48,945 bases of DNA from Psammoneis japonica (taxonomy: Eukaryota): positions 806,001-854,945 of the forward strand of contig QPGO01000009.1 of the NCBI GenBank assembly GCA_008632985.1, given 5' to 3'. Made by a program: the position numbers and the translations under genes. Positions 11,251 to 22,685 of this stretch are shown piece after piece; position 1 is the stretch's first letter; each line of letters starts with the position of its first letter. The notes beneath the pieces were generated by a model. That model saw only the letters and a list, made by a program, of their open reading frames with translations, had not been told where the DNA came from and made no database searches.

Positions 11251-12507
11251 TTAACTGTCTGAAGAATCAGTTTCCGTCGACTTTTTTATTTCGGCAGAAA
11301 TTTGCTCTTGCAAAAGCTGTAGATTCTGCAATGCAGCCTTCAACTTAAGTTTCTCCAAGGACTTCTGGATATGTTGCTTTTGATCCGCTTTTCCAAACGG
11401 ATACCACGATAATTTGTCTAACTCCATTTCCAATTTGTAAATTTGTTCCTCTTGATTGCCAAGTAAATTTTCATACTCTGCAGAAGATGAATCGTCCAAG
11501 TCATGGAATTGGGACTCGAGTGCGATTCTTGCCTGCACAACCGCAAAATGGCGAGCTTTTGGATCCGCTCTTGGTAGGACAAGGCATTCCACTGAAGCCA
11601 CTTCTTTTGTACCGTCATGGCCACCAATGGCATACACCTTGTTGCCCAGCACTACAGTGGCAAGACTAGATCTTGCCATAGACAAATCGGGCAGCGAAAT
11701 ACATACATCTCGATTCGTATCAAATACTTCCACCGAAGACAACTTATCGCCGTCATTGTCTTCGCCACCGACAATTATGATAGAGTCACCCCACTTTTGA
11801 ACTCGCATGTGCCATTTGGGTGTTGACAGTTTTGCTTGACATAATTTCCATCTCTTCAGGTCAGTGTCTAGACACTCGATGGTATTCAAATTTTCTTCAC
11901 CATACCCACTGTCCCCACCAACAACATATAATTTAGTCCCAACAGCTTCCGCTGCACCTCCCCATCGTGCGGTAGTCATGGGTGGACCTTGCAGAATTTC
12001 GTCCGTCGCTGTGTCTAAAATGTCTACCGACGTTTTGCCCGATCCACCAAAGATGTACACATATCGTTCTCCCACTGCAGCCGCTGTGCATCCGTATCGT
12101 GTGCAAGTCAATTTTGCTTTGAGTATTTGCCATTTTGGTTCATTGAGAGATAAATCCAAGCATTCGATGGAATCAAGAGTACCTCCATCCAGTCCCCCAA
12201 ATACATAAACTTTGTGTTGTGTAAAAACTGCCGCATGATGACTACGGGCACGATTGAGATTAGGCCATGACGACAATTGCTCCCATTCTTTAGACTCAAG
12301 ATTGCAAACTAATACTCTTGATAAACGTTTGTTTCCGTCATTGCCACCAATAATCATGTATTTTTGATTGCTTATTGCGACCGCCGCGTGGTCGCTCCGT
12401 GGTTCTGGCAAAGGCGGAACATGCGACGACCATGCGACTTGTTCCACGTTTCCGATGCCGACCAAGAGCAAATCTCTTTCTAATCCGTTATCACCCGATA
12501 ACGACAT
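11251..12507 (-). CDS. Kelch-repeat beta-propeller protein with C-terminal coiled coil
   Basis: Six repeats of R..HAA....VYVFGG....S.E.YD....W; Leu/Gln/Lys heptad tail; single 418-aa ORF. Confidence 0.9.
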   Translation of the reverse strand: MSLSGDNGLERDLLLVGIGNVEQVAWSSHVPPLPEPRSDHAAVAISNQKYMIIGGNDGNKRLSRVLVCNLESKEWEQLSSWPNLNRARSHHAAVFTQHKVYVFGGLDGGTLDSIECLDLSLNEPKWQILKAKLTCTRYGCTAAAVGERYVYIFGGSGKTSVDILDTATDEILQGPPMTTARWGGAAEAVGTKLYVVGGDSGYGEENLNTIECLDTDLKRWKLCQAKLSTPKWHMRVQKWGDSIIIVGGEDNDGDKLSSVEVFDTNRDVCISLPDLSMARSSLATVVLGNKVYAIGGHDGTKEVASVECLVLPRADPKARHFAVVQARIALESQFHDLDDSSSAEYENLLGNQEEQIYKLEMELDKLSWYPFGKADQKQHIQKSLEKLKLKAALQNLQLLQEQISAEIKKSTETDSSDS

Positions 12508-12639
12508 GTTGTGTATTTTGACTTTCTGAGGAGCAACGTGATACCGTACTCCTAAAGGTTAGCGAGGCTAGAGCGGGGAGTGACACGAAAAAATGAATGA
12601 AGCTAAAATAACAGCTGGGAAGCAGTGTGAAGATGCCGA

Positions 12640-15600
12640 CCGTTGTTCAGCCGTTACGGCGGCATCTCTCGACACTGTCATGCCAGAACGAATGATCATC
12701 TGTTTGCGACGATGGCACAGCTAGAATCAGTGAAAAAGTTGAAACAACCAGTGCCAAATGACAAAAGCCATTTAGAGTTTTTGGCCTCTGGCAAACAACA
12801 GAGCAACCAAGATTTGCCAACTCGTGTTTCTTGCTCCCACCCAAATCAGCAGTGATCAAAATGGTGTCTCTTGGCCACACACGGCAAAACCACTGTGGCG
12901 CTGGCCAACAATTGCCGAAATGCAACACAAACCTCATGAAAAAATTTCTGCTCCAATGTTCTTTCCCAAGAATTTCACGTGGTGGCCAACACAGCAGTTT
13001 TGGGCAGATGATTCAGCGCCTCTTCACACATCTTTGGAGAGGAGCACTTCTCTTTTGGGGGGCCCACACATCTGATTTGTTGAGAGGAGCTGGAAATTGC
13101 CATCACCAGCAAATGAACAAAAGCTTTCATGTCCTCAGCATGGTGCTGGCCACTGTTTTATTGCTTGTGCACTGCCCCACAAAAGCTTCTGCACTCACAA
13201 GCAACTTCAAACCACAAGTGGCAGCAACTGGAGCAGCTTCGGGCATTGTCAATGCGAGCATGAATGCAACACCTTGTTGCTCTGGAGTGTTGGCACAAGA
13301 AAAGGTGTTTGTTTTGGGCATGGCTCAAGATGCTTTTTGTGCTAGGGTGATGAATGTCATCACACAAAATGAAGCTCAAAAGCTTGCAGATCAAACATCA
13401 GCAGGGGTCACCATCACACTCTGGAAGGAGCAGTGGCAGCTTTGTCATGGCAGAAAAAGTTGCAGTGGAGAGTTGTCAGAGGTGCAGCCAGGTGGAATTC
13501 AGGTGGCTGTTTTGCAGCTGCAGCATGAGACAGGGGGGGGGGGCAAGCAGTGGCAGCACTGTTGGACAGGGGCACTTTTCTCATCAAAAAGAGTGGTTTT
13601 TGTTGGGATTGGTGCCTGTTTGCATTGGCAGCTGGCTGAGGAACATTTCTTTTTCTTTCACACAGAACAGTGTCATGTGGGTGGCAGCAGTGAAGCAAAA
13701 AAAGAGTGCAGCAACAGGGGCGGTGGGCTTTTCTTTTTGCACTCTGAGATGAAATGAGCACTCTGGTGCACGCAAAAGTTCAACACACATGTGATGTAAA
13801 AAGAGTGAAGGCAGAAAACAATTGCAAGCTCCCAAAACAATGAAAAAAGTCCCATGCAAAGCTTTTTTCTCACATGGAAGTTGACAAATTCTCCAAAGTG
13901 GCTGGCTCAAAAACTCCTCTTTCAACAACCAAAAACTCAAAAAAAAAAACACAAAACGCCATGATGCCAAAAACATTTTCCTGGCGTTGCTGCACAGAGA
14001 GATTGGTTTTGGAAAAAACTCAAATTGAAGGGAGCTTGCAAACAGGCAAAATGTGACATTTGATGGATTGCACATTTTTGTGCCACCTGGAGCTGATCAG
14101 AAGAAAACAATGCTGCCCATGCTGGCAGAGCCAACAGCAAGAAATTGCCAACCTTGGTCAAGGAAGAAACAGGTCCGCTCTTCACAGAAACAGTTTTTCA
14201 TCAACAACTGGCAAACAAAGCTTGTGCTCCATGCTCAGTGTGTGCTCTTCCTTGTTGCCTCCTTTTGTGCCCACCTTTGCATTGCCACAGTGACCACAAG
14301 GCAAGTCTGTGTGACAAGTCAACTTGTGTTGGCATTGCTTTTCAACGCATGCCTGCCATTGATGTTTTGCAGCTCAAGCAGCTTGGAAAAGCATGCTTTT
14401 AAAATTTGTCATCAATTGGCAAGTGTGCTGAGCTTTGTTGCAGCCCACTGCTGCAGCTGCACTGCTGCCTGGGTGCTTGTTGGTGCAGCAGCAGCCATGG
14501 CTGCAAATTTGGGCATGGGTCCAATGATTCTCCTCTTGGTGGCAGACATGGACACACTGGATTTTTCATGCAACACAGCCCCAGTTGTGTCTTCCTTTCA
14601 TCATGGCAACCACGGTTGCCAGCTTCATCTGTTGTTCAGAATTTTGAGCCTTTTTGTTTCCCTGCTTTTTTGCCAACCCACCCAGAAAACTGGATTTGGG
14701 TTTTTGTGGCATCTTGTTGGGTCCGTCCTCTTTTGTGCATTTGGGGCATTGTTCCTCTCTCAAACTTGGTTCATGGAGAATGACACCATGTTGTGGACAG
14801 CACATTTGAGGTGCACATCAAGGAAGACTGCGGTCAAGGAAATTGCAAGCCATTGCATGCCATTCCAAATGGCCAATTTGGTGCTGCTTTTCCATGTCCC
14901 CTGCTTTCATGCCACTCAAGCTCTGACATTGCAGCCAAGAAAGAAAAGGCTCTCTTTGACACATCAATGTGGAACATGGACCTGCTGGCAGCATGGGCGG
15001 AGACAGCGTGACTGGAGCTCAAGTGTGCAAGCTGCCAGAGAGTGTGCAGCAGGAGGCAGTGTCTCAATTTTGTGCACGCCGCACCAGCAGCATTGACTCT
15101 CACTTCTGGAAAGACAACAACAAGCTCTGATTGATTGAGCAGGAGGGAACAATGACCATGGTGGATGGGGTGCAGAATTGTTGCTGGCCCAAGGTGTGAT
15201 GAAGCAAGGCAGCCATGAGCGCTGCAGTGGCATGAAGATTTGCACCATGAGTCAAAAACTTTTGTTGTTTTGTGAACATTGAGTGGTGATTGATCTTTTT
15301 TTAACACATGACTTGGCACAACATGTTGAGAAGCAGCTGCACCTCCCACCAATTCACACATCCAGCCCCGTGTCTCCTGCCCGCTGAGGAAATTTTCAGC
15401 ATTGTGCCACAGCCAGTTTTAACATTTTCCCACTGATGGGTGTGACACCTGGCAAACCAATGATGTGACTTTTAAGATGCTCTCTTGTGAGAGCAGGCAA
15501 TCTTGGCAGCTTGCTCAAGCTGAAAAGGAGATCAGAGTGCAGCCGACACTGCTGGCGATGGAGCCAACAGTGACAAATTGTTGTCTCCACCTCAGCAAAG

Positions 15601-16450
15601 AAAGAAAGAGGTTTGTGCCACTTTGGGGACAGTTTCTTGTCAAACAACTTGCCAGATGAGCTTGTGCTTGGCTCCACACATTTTTTCTTTGTCTTTTGTT
15701 GCCTCCTTGTGTGCCAATCTTTGTGCTGCCATGGTGAGATGACAGAGGCAAGAAGTGTGTGGGTTGAGAACTGCGTGCTTTGTTGTTGCCTCTCATTTCA
15801 TGTGCCTCCTGCTGCTCACATGCACAATTCAAACAGAGCATCTTGGAGGAGACACAACAAACATTTTTCTTTTGAAACTCAGTGCCAGTTGGCAAGTGCG
15901 CTGAGCTTCATTGACATTTTTGCCATTCTCTGCACCCCACTGTCTAGAGATGCGCTTGATGGGCTCACTTGGCTTTGGCAAAGAATCAGCTTTGGTTGAA
16001 ATTTCCTTGTTGGGCATGGGCCATGATTCTTCTCCTTGTGGCCAACATGGACTTGTTGGAATCTTCACATGATGCCAGCCTCAATTTGTCCTTCATCATG
16101 GCAATCATGATTGCCAGCTTTGTGCCTTTTGTCTCCCTGGTTCTTTGCCAATCTATCCAGAAAACTGGGATTTTGGTTGTTTGGCATCTGTCTTGTCAGG
16201 ATTGTCCTTTTGTGTGGCCATTGTGTCTCTGTGCAAGTTGGCAGATGGAGAACGTCACCATGCAATGGACAACACGTTAGAAGTGCCACAATGAAGACTG
16301 TAATCAAGGAAAGTGGAAGCGTCATTCAATTTGGCTGATTTGGCCTTGCTCTTCCTCATCCCCTGCTTTGATGCACGCTTAAGTTCTTATGTTGCCTCCG
16401 AGAAAATGACGCTTCGACACACCGAAACGGCATGTGGATCCGCTGGCAGT
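12640..16450. other. TpA- and CpG-depleted hypermutated block 1
   Basis: TA and CG are almost absent and CA/TG abundant; long Tyr-free, Cys/His-rich spurious ORFs in many frames. Confidence 0.85.
14099..15388 (+). pseudogene. Hypermutated duplicate B: MFS 3' half, downstream spacer, and 3' tip (15301-15388) of the 16699-17736 gene
   Basis: SFYANLYIATVTT becomes SFCAHLCIATVTT; donor GGTAAG becomes GGCAAG; LGMGPMILLLVADMD versus LGMGQMILLLVANMD; TTAACACATGACTTGGCACAACATGTTG versus TTAACACGTGACTTGGCATAACGTGTTG. Confidence 0.9.
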
Positions 16451-16476
16451 GCGGACGGAGACGGCGTGATTGGAGT
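15400..16476 (+). pseudogene. Hypermutated duplicate C of the MFS transporter (matches from about 9563 to the end of the gene)
   Basis: FIMAIMIASF, FFANLSRKLGF and ALLFLIPCFDAR match the intact gene (IPYFDTR); the intron is retained with a mutated donor. Confidence 0.9.
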
Positions 16477-16698
16477 AGTTAATTTTGTACAGTACATACA
16501 ACATGAACTCACACTATATTATGATGACAACGAGCTCTGTTTCGATTGAGCGATGGGAAAATAACGATCGCGGTGAACTATCACTGGCCCGAGACATACT
16601 AAAACAAGGTTACCGCGAACACTTTTTAGCATTGCAGTGATGTGTTTGCACCACGAATGCTTTCGTTGATTTAGATGTCGAACATTAATCAATCCGTT

Positions 16699-17736
16699 TT
16701 AACACGTGACTTGGCATAACGTGTTGAGTAGTAGCTGTGCTTTCCACCGATTCACATACCTAGCCCTATGTCCCCCGTCCGTTGAGCAGTTGTCCATGTA
16801 GCAAGCTCTTGTTAACTGATAAAAGTCGAGAAATGGGCGATTCTTGACCAGCGGTAGAGTTTGATGGTAAGCTTGTCCGTTCCTGCCAACATCAGGCCGG
16901 TATTCTTCGGGTACTTTTTGCTTTTGATAACACGGCATAGAGTTGAATACAACGTTTGGCGCGCTGTCAAGGAACGCTTTGATTTCGTGAGAAAATCTCG
17001 TAATGTTGCTTTTAAGCGACCCTAATATGTGAATGCCAGCACCCACTATTGCCGCGAAGCTGGTCTTGTTTTGTAAAATGGAATTGATGCAGTTCGAGCA
17101 CTCGAGATGAAATAACGATCCCCCCTGTCCGTAGCATTCAGCGCTGCAAACATAGCCCACTGCGGGATATGACTTGTTTTGCTGCCAATGATCGTGAAGG
17201 GCCTGCATGGATAGTTTCAGAACCTCTCGTCTATGGGAAGCATTCATTATTTCTTCATTGCTAGGATTCTCCAACAGAATGTCAATCAGTCCGATATAAA
17301 GTTGAATGTTGTAGCTGTCTCCAGATACCGCTACTCGAATATCTTTGTTTGATGAGAGGCAGTCGATGGCTTCTTGGGAGGAAAAAAGATGAAGCCTCGA
17401 CCTAAATACCTTGTCGGTCGGCAAGCAAATGCCCTCGTTTAACGCTGCTAGTTGTATCGTGTCGAGATGTTTGTAACTGTTGCAGTAAAAATCGTCCATT
17501 GCTCTATATTGCTTGCTTCTGATTGTTGTGGACCAACGACAAGCAGCATCTACTCCATACGGAAGGAATCTGTGCGGAAACGGAACGAATGTTGACGTGA
17601 CATTCGTGACATTCTTGTTCTGTATTTTTGATTGATTCACCGCGTTCGTTTGACTTGATTGAAAACGAAGAATATATCCTCCCAAGCAAACAGCAGTCAC
17701 ACTATAGATCAAGGCTTGTTTTGCTACCTTTCGCAT
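16699..17736 (-). CDS. Type II membrane SGNH/PC-esterase (TBL/NXPE-like) acyltransferase or esterase
   Basis: N-terminal TM anchor (MRKVAKQALIYSVTAVCLGGYIL), GDS motif (VSGDSY), C-terminal DxxH (TDGGH). Confidence 0.7.
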   Translation of the reverse strand: MRKVAKQALIYSVTAVCLGGYILRFQSSQTNAVNQSKIQNKNVTNVTSTFVPFPHRFLPYGVDAACRWSTTIRSKQYRAMDDFYCNSYKHLDTIQLAALNEGICLPTDKVFRSRLHLFSSQEAIDCLSSNKDIRVAVSGDSYNIQLYIGLIDILLENPSNEEIMNASHRREVLKLSMQALHDHWQQNKSYPAVGYVCSAECYGQGGSLFHLECSNCINSILQNKTSFAAIVGAGIHILGSLKSNITRFSHEIKAFLDSAPNVVFNSMPCYQKQKVPEEYRPDVGRNGQAYHQTLPLVKNRPFLDFYQLTRACYMDNCSTDGGHRARYVNRWKAQLLLNTLCQVTC

Positions 17737-18059
17737 TTCACTACCGTCGGTATTATTTGTTTGCAGGTTGCAACAACAGCAATGACATAACAACGCGATC
17801 GCAAGACTGAGAGCTTCCTCTCTGCTTTTGGCGAAATGAAATCGCGAAAAAACCAATAATTTCAAATTTTCCACCGCGCTCGCGCTCACATTGCCCTGAC
17901 GACGACTCGGTGTCGCGCGAACGTGCCGCTCTCGCGAAAGCGCGCGCGCGGCGACAAGGCACCGCACGCACGACATCACACACATCACCGGTCGAGGTTC
18001 GAGGTTCGAGGTGCAATCTACTCTCTAGCGCAGCAACCTTGGCGATCTTTTTGCAGGAG

Positions 18060-19900
18060 AGAACGACAAGGATGGTGATTGTTTGTTCCAATGAAGAATC
18101 CTTTCATCAAACAACAACACTGCTGTGTGTGGCTCTAAACTGGCTGCACAATCTTCAAGTCTCAACATCGCCTCAAAGTGGGGGTTCAACAGCAAAGTCA
18201 ATCTGCTTGATGAATTCACTCAAATGCCAAAGCAACAGAGTGGAGGAAATCTGCCTTTGCTGACACCATCTATCCTCACATGCACAAATGATTGTCAACA
18301 TGCAGCAATGCCTGTGTTGGAACACTGACACAGCACAACAAGAAGCAACAAATTGTTCCCCCCTCCCCCGCCAAAGTGTGCGGACCTTCAAACCCCCATC
18401 AGATCATTTGGCTTTCCCAAAATTGATTTTGGGCACATGGACAATGCTTCTGTTCTTCTTTGTCTTCTTCACTGTTGACAAACATGACGTTGAGCCAGAC
18501 CTGCAATCGCCCGGGAGCATTGCGGGCCAGACCTCGATTGACCAGGAACTCTGCTGTGGTCGAGTGGCACACGTTTGGCTTTGCTGACCCCAAACTCACT
18601 GTGTGGCTTGCAACCACCCCAATGCTGCTGACTGCTGTTGCCATGTCAGCTGGGTGCAGAAGCTAAAAAGTGAGCGGAAAACCCGCATCTCAGCCTGAGT
18701 TGTGAGCGCAACTTTGCCACATTGTCCACAATCGTCGGCACATCTTGCACTGCAACATTGTCTGTCTGTCCTGTGAAAACTGCCTCTGACCCTGATGTTC
18801 CAACAGTCACCTTTCCAACAGAGGTTGTCTGCTGCACTTGCTGAGATGAGAAGAGGAAAGGCAACTCTGGGCTGCAACTGTTGCAACCTCAGTTTTGGAG
18901 CATGCTTTTTCTGCAATTTGGTGCAGTGATCCAAAACTTGCAAGCACTGTGATCTGACCTGTCTGTGCAATTTGTTCTGTTGTCTGGGAGCTTCCTGCAG
19001 CACTTGTGGCACACCAGCCAAGGGGCTGAGGGTCACAGAGAGACAGGCTTGTCTTCTTTCACAAGTTGCTCCAGCACCAAAATGGATCTTCTTGCAAAAG
19101 CTTGTTGGGAGATGCTCAATTTGAGCTGCAGTCAATGACATCACATGGCCAGAAAGCTCAGCAGCAAAACTCTCACATCCTCCTGGCACCAGCAATCCAC
19201 CCCCAATCATTTGTGCAGACCGCTGGCCAAAAAGCACTGGCAAAAAAGTGGAGTCTCTGCTGCAATGCTTGCCCCAGTCAATTGGGAAGCTCCAGATCAG
19301 GCAGTGAGCCAATGCCGCACCTTTGGAAGAGTCCAGCAGAGCCCAAGATTTGCCCAGCTGGCAAAGACCTTTGCTGTTGCAAGAAACTCAAAAGCCCCAG
19401 TTTGTCTGCATTGCAGAGAATCCAAAGATGGCACTGATCTTGTTTTGTGCTGCACAGCCCTCTTGGATCAAAAGAGGCCTGGACTTTGAAATGATGGCTT
19501 GCCAGCCAACTGGCTCAGCATCCCTTTCTGTGTAGGGGGGTTGTGCAGTCACTTCAATCATGCCATGATGAACAGGGCACACCTGCACCCACTTCCAATT
19601 GTTGTCCACAGGCACAAGCAACCCATCCAACCACACCCATCTTGCCAGATGGTTCACCAGGCCAATGGAGTCAGTTCAAGCAGAGGAGACTGATTTCAAA
19701 AGACATTGGCCAGAGGCAGTTGCAGTGGAAATGCAAGCTGTGGCCCTTCTGGATGCTGATTGAAATGCTTCGTCAAGACAATGGTGAAGGGTTACTTCAG
19801 TTGTGCAGTGTGTCAATCGCCCCACAACTCTGCGTGCGACAATGTGCATGACATGTGTTGCTGACGTTCTGCTCCCATCCATGTGGTCCTGGATTGAAAG
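18060..19900. other. TpA/CpG-depleted hypermutated block 2; original identity unrecognisable
   Basis: Same dinucleotide signature; abrupt return of TA at about 19920. Confidence 0.8.
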
Positions 19901-20279
19901 GAAAAAACAGGATGCGTTTCTAGGCAGCAGCTCGTCGCCGATAAAATTTAAAAGTGTCTGAAATACGGTACAATCATGGGCTCAAGGTACAACGTAGACA
20001 TTGCCAGTTTGGTCTTTTGCCTGTTGTTTGAGTTGTGTATCTTTGGAAGAAGTGCCGGCAGTAGAGGTTAGCAAATTGAAAAAGAGGACTGGTTAACCCA
20101 CAGCCAAGAGGAAGCGAACTGCTCAATAAACGCATGGTCTAAGAACATCAAAAGATGCTTGCCGCCAAATAATCAACACGCACTACATGAAGAATAAAAC
20201 TGATAAGGAAGCATGCAGAAACCAATGTGATACAAAAGCGGTACACCCCTCGAGCAAACAAGTTGTCAAAGTTGCGCTT

Positions 20280-22685
20280 TCACATTTTAATTTCCCGCAG
20301 CATAGTGGTGCCGTGCTTGATGTCCAATCGCTGACCTCCAAAGGGATAGCCATCGAGTCGCTTGACTTCAAAAATATATCCTGGTTTCTGGTAGGAAACA
20401 TACATTCGCATGTTGTCGGGAGAAAAAGCCAAACCAGTTACTTCGCCAGCTAGCTCAGGTCTGTGACCGAAGTTTTCGAGAATAGTGAAATAATTTCCAT
20501 TGCTGTCTCGACCGTGCACTCCACAGTCCTGGCCATTTGGTCCCGTTTCTTCGCAAAAATAAAGGATTGCATCACTTTCATTCCCCCCGAGGACTCTCGC
20601 TACTTGATCGGGGCTTCCATTGAATGCTCCTTGTTTTGTTGATTCTCGGATGTAGGTGCCTCTGTTGGTATCCAAAATGAATAAATGAGCATTCCTTTTG
20701 CAGGTAAAGTAGACAATGCCATTTCTAAAGTCGATGCCTTCACATTGGGAATATTCCTGAAACGCGTTCTTGCGAGCTGCTTTCAAATCCTCGGTCCATA
20801 AAAAGGTACCTTCTTTGCTAGCTTTCTTCTTGTTGGGCCGAAGTACAAGGAACTCGGTTCTTGCAGTGCCGGTTTCATTGGAGTGCAAAAGCCGCGAAAA
20901 ATCGTTGCTTTTCAATGCTTTTGATGTCACCTCACTGTCCGGTGTGAACTTGAGAACAGGCCCGCGTTTATTGTCGGTGGTGACGTAAAAGATTGGTCTT
21001 TCAGGCTTCCGATTATCGTAAGCAGCAGACTCATACGTGTCTCCACCCTTGACTCCGATGATAGTCTTTCTTGGTGGGTGCTTTCCGAATGGGTCTACCT
21101 CCCAAATCTGTCCGCCTTCTATTTCTTCACAGGAAAGCCAAGTCGACCAGAATGTGGCGCCCCCACCGCAATTTCTCTGGCTTCCAGACAGCAGCCTCTC
21201 ATAGCCAATGACTTTACCTCGAGCATCGAATTCAATTGCACCCACACCTCCTGTTATTCTGCTTTCCGCATTGGACACGTACTTCCAACCACCCGTCTGT
21301 TTATTCGCAAATACGGCGGCACCATCTGCAGCTGGGTGAAATCTTATTTTGGACAGTTTTCCATTGTGCTCCAGCTTGACTGGCTGATGCTTCGTGGCAA
21401 TGAGACGGGCCGTCAGACCAGTGGAGAGCAATAGGCCTTCTTCTACGTGGGAGAGCTTGCCAGGCACATACGTTACCGGCTTGTCCTTTGGTGGAACAGA
21501 GCAATAATCAATACCGGAAACACCAACGGCTGCACACCCCGGGATCCTGTGATCTGTTGTCCTGGAAAAACAAATTAATCCCCGCTTGCATTTATCATTG
21601 CTGCCGGCGCAATCCCCTTGACACTTTGAGCAAGGTGCGGCAACGGTGCATCGGCTAGTATTGTCGAGACGACTGATTGAATCAACATTGTCTTTTTCAT
21701 CTTTTGGCTTCTTGCTGCTATTTTCTTTCTCTGTGCCTGTTCTTTTGTCCTTGATACAATAGGATCCGCCAAAAATACCTTGGCCGGTACAACCACGAAC
21801 GCTTTCACTGGATTGACGTTTGAAACATCGAAGTCCCTTTTTGCAATGACTGTCCAGGAGGCATTCTCCTTCACACTCTGCAAGCAGCGCTTGTCCTCCT
21901 CGGCGCACTTGACTTTTTTCCACAACACGAACCAAGGTGTTTGAAACAGTGGGAACGGTGCAATAATTGACACCAAGTATACCGTTGCCACGACAATCAG
22001 GAACTGCTTGATTTCCGATTCGTCGGAAACAAATTAGTCCTAGGCTGCAGAACGCATCTCCAGCACAGTGTCCTTGGCACTTTCTCAGAGGGAAAGCCGA
22101 TTCGGGTACACCGTTGACTCCACGTCTCACTAGAACACCCTTAAGGGGCTTGAAACAGTAACTGCGCGACGTTTTATCGTTTCCACTACAGCCTGGTACT
22201 GGCTGACCTCCTTGTCTCCTGAAACAGTTCAAGCCAAATCTACAGTCTTCATGACCGGAGCAGCGCCCCTGGCAAAGACCAAGAGGACGGGCCTCTGATG
22301 ATTTCACGACAGTTAGTGGATGCATTGGCTTAGCTTTCACATTCTTCAATGACTTTAAAAGCGGTGGAGGCTTCTCTGTGGCACTAGTGTTTCGTACAGG
22401 GTATGAACAAAAGTTTCGTCCCAAACCGTTGTTTCCAACAACTTTACATCCCGGCACACCTTGCTCTGCACCATTGTAGGATAGACACGAAAGTCCTACG
22501 TGGCAGTCTTTACTTGTTCGACAATGCCCTTGACATGGACCAAGTGGAAAACGAAACGGATGTGTTTCATGTCTTCCGACAAACTGCAAGGCCGTATCCT
22601 CCTCGGAAGCAACAGCAACCGTCGTTGGCAGATGGAGGGACACAGACACAGCAGCGACAAGCAACAGTGATGGGATGACCTTCAT
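20280..22685 (-). CDS. Secreted PhoX-type (DUF839) alkaline phosphatase with five N-terminal frustulin-ACR-like Cys repeats
   Basis: Signal peptide MKVIPSLLLVAAVSVSL. Repeats C[QE]G.C....C..GL.CF.R....VPGC.G....YC. PhoX motifs DGAAVF, YVSNAE, RNCGGGATFWSTWLSCEE, ESAA, EGI, PDQ, EVTGLAFSPD...YVSYQ. Confidence 0.88.
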   Translation of the reverse strand: MKVIPSLLLVAAVSVSLHLPTTVAVASEEDTALQFVGRHETHPFRFPLGPCQGHCRTSKDCHVGLSCLSYNGAEQGVPGCKVVGNNGLGRNFCSYPVRNTSATEKPPPLLKSLKNVKAKPMHPLTVVKSSEARPLGLCQGRCSGHEDCRFGLNCFRRQGGQPVPGCSGNDKTSRSYCFKPLKGVLVRRGVNGVPESAFPLRKCQGHCAGDAFCSLGLICFRRIGNQAVPDCRGNGILGVNYCTVPTVSNTLVRVVEKSQVRRGGQALLAECEGECLLDSHCKKGLRCFKRQSSESVRGCTGQGIFGGSYCIKDKRTGTEKENSSKKPKDEKDNVDSISRLDNTSRCTVAAPCSKCQGDCAGSNDKCKRGLICFSRTTDHRIPGCAAVGVSGIDYCSVPPKDKPVTYVPGKLSHVEEGLLLSTGLTARLIATKHQPVKLEHNGKLSKIRFHPAADGAAVFANKQTGGWKYVSNAESRITGGVGAIEFDARGKVIGYERLLSGSQRNCGGGATFWSTWLSCEEIEGGQIWEVDPFGKHPPRKTIIGVKGGDTYESAAYDNRKPERPIFYVTTDNKRGPVLKFTPDSEVTSKALKSNDFSRLLHSNETGTARTEFLVLRPNKKKASKEGTFLWTEDLKAARKNAFQEYSQCEGIDFRNGIVYFTCKRNAHLFILDTNRGTYIRESTKQGAFNGSPDQVARVLGGNESDAILYFCEETGPNGQDCGVHGRDSNGNYFTILENFGHRPELAGEVTGLAFSPDNMRMYVSYQKPGYIFEVKRLDGYPFGGQRLDIKHGTTMLREIKM

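Noticed and set aside
13100..13400. Faint fucosyltransferase-like motif on the minus strand (LKLLVSAEAFVGQCTSN)
   Set aside because: Too short and too degraded to support a call without a search.
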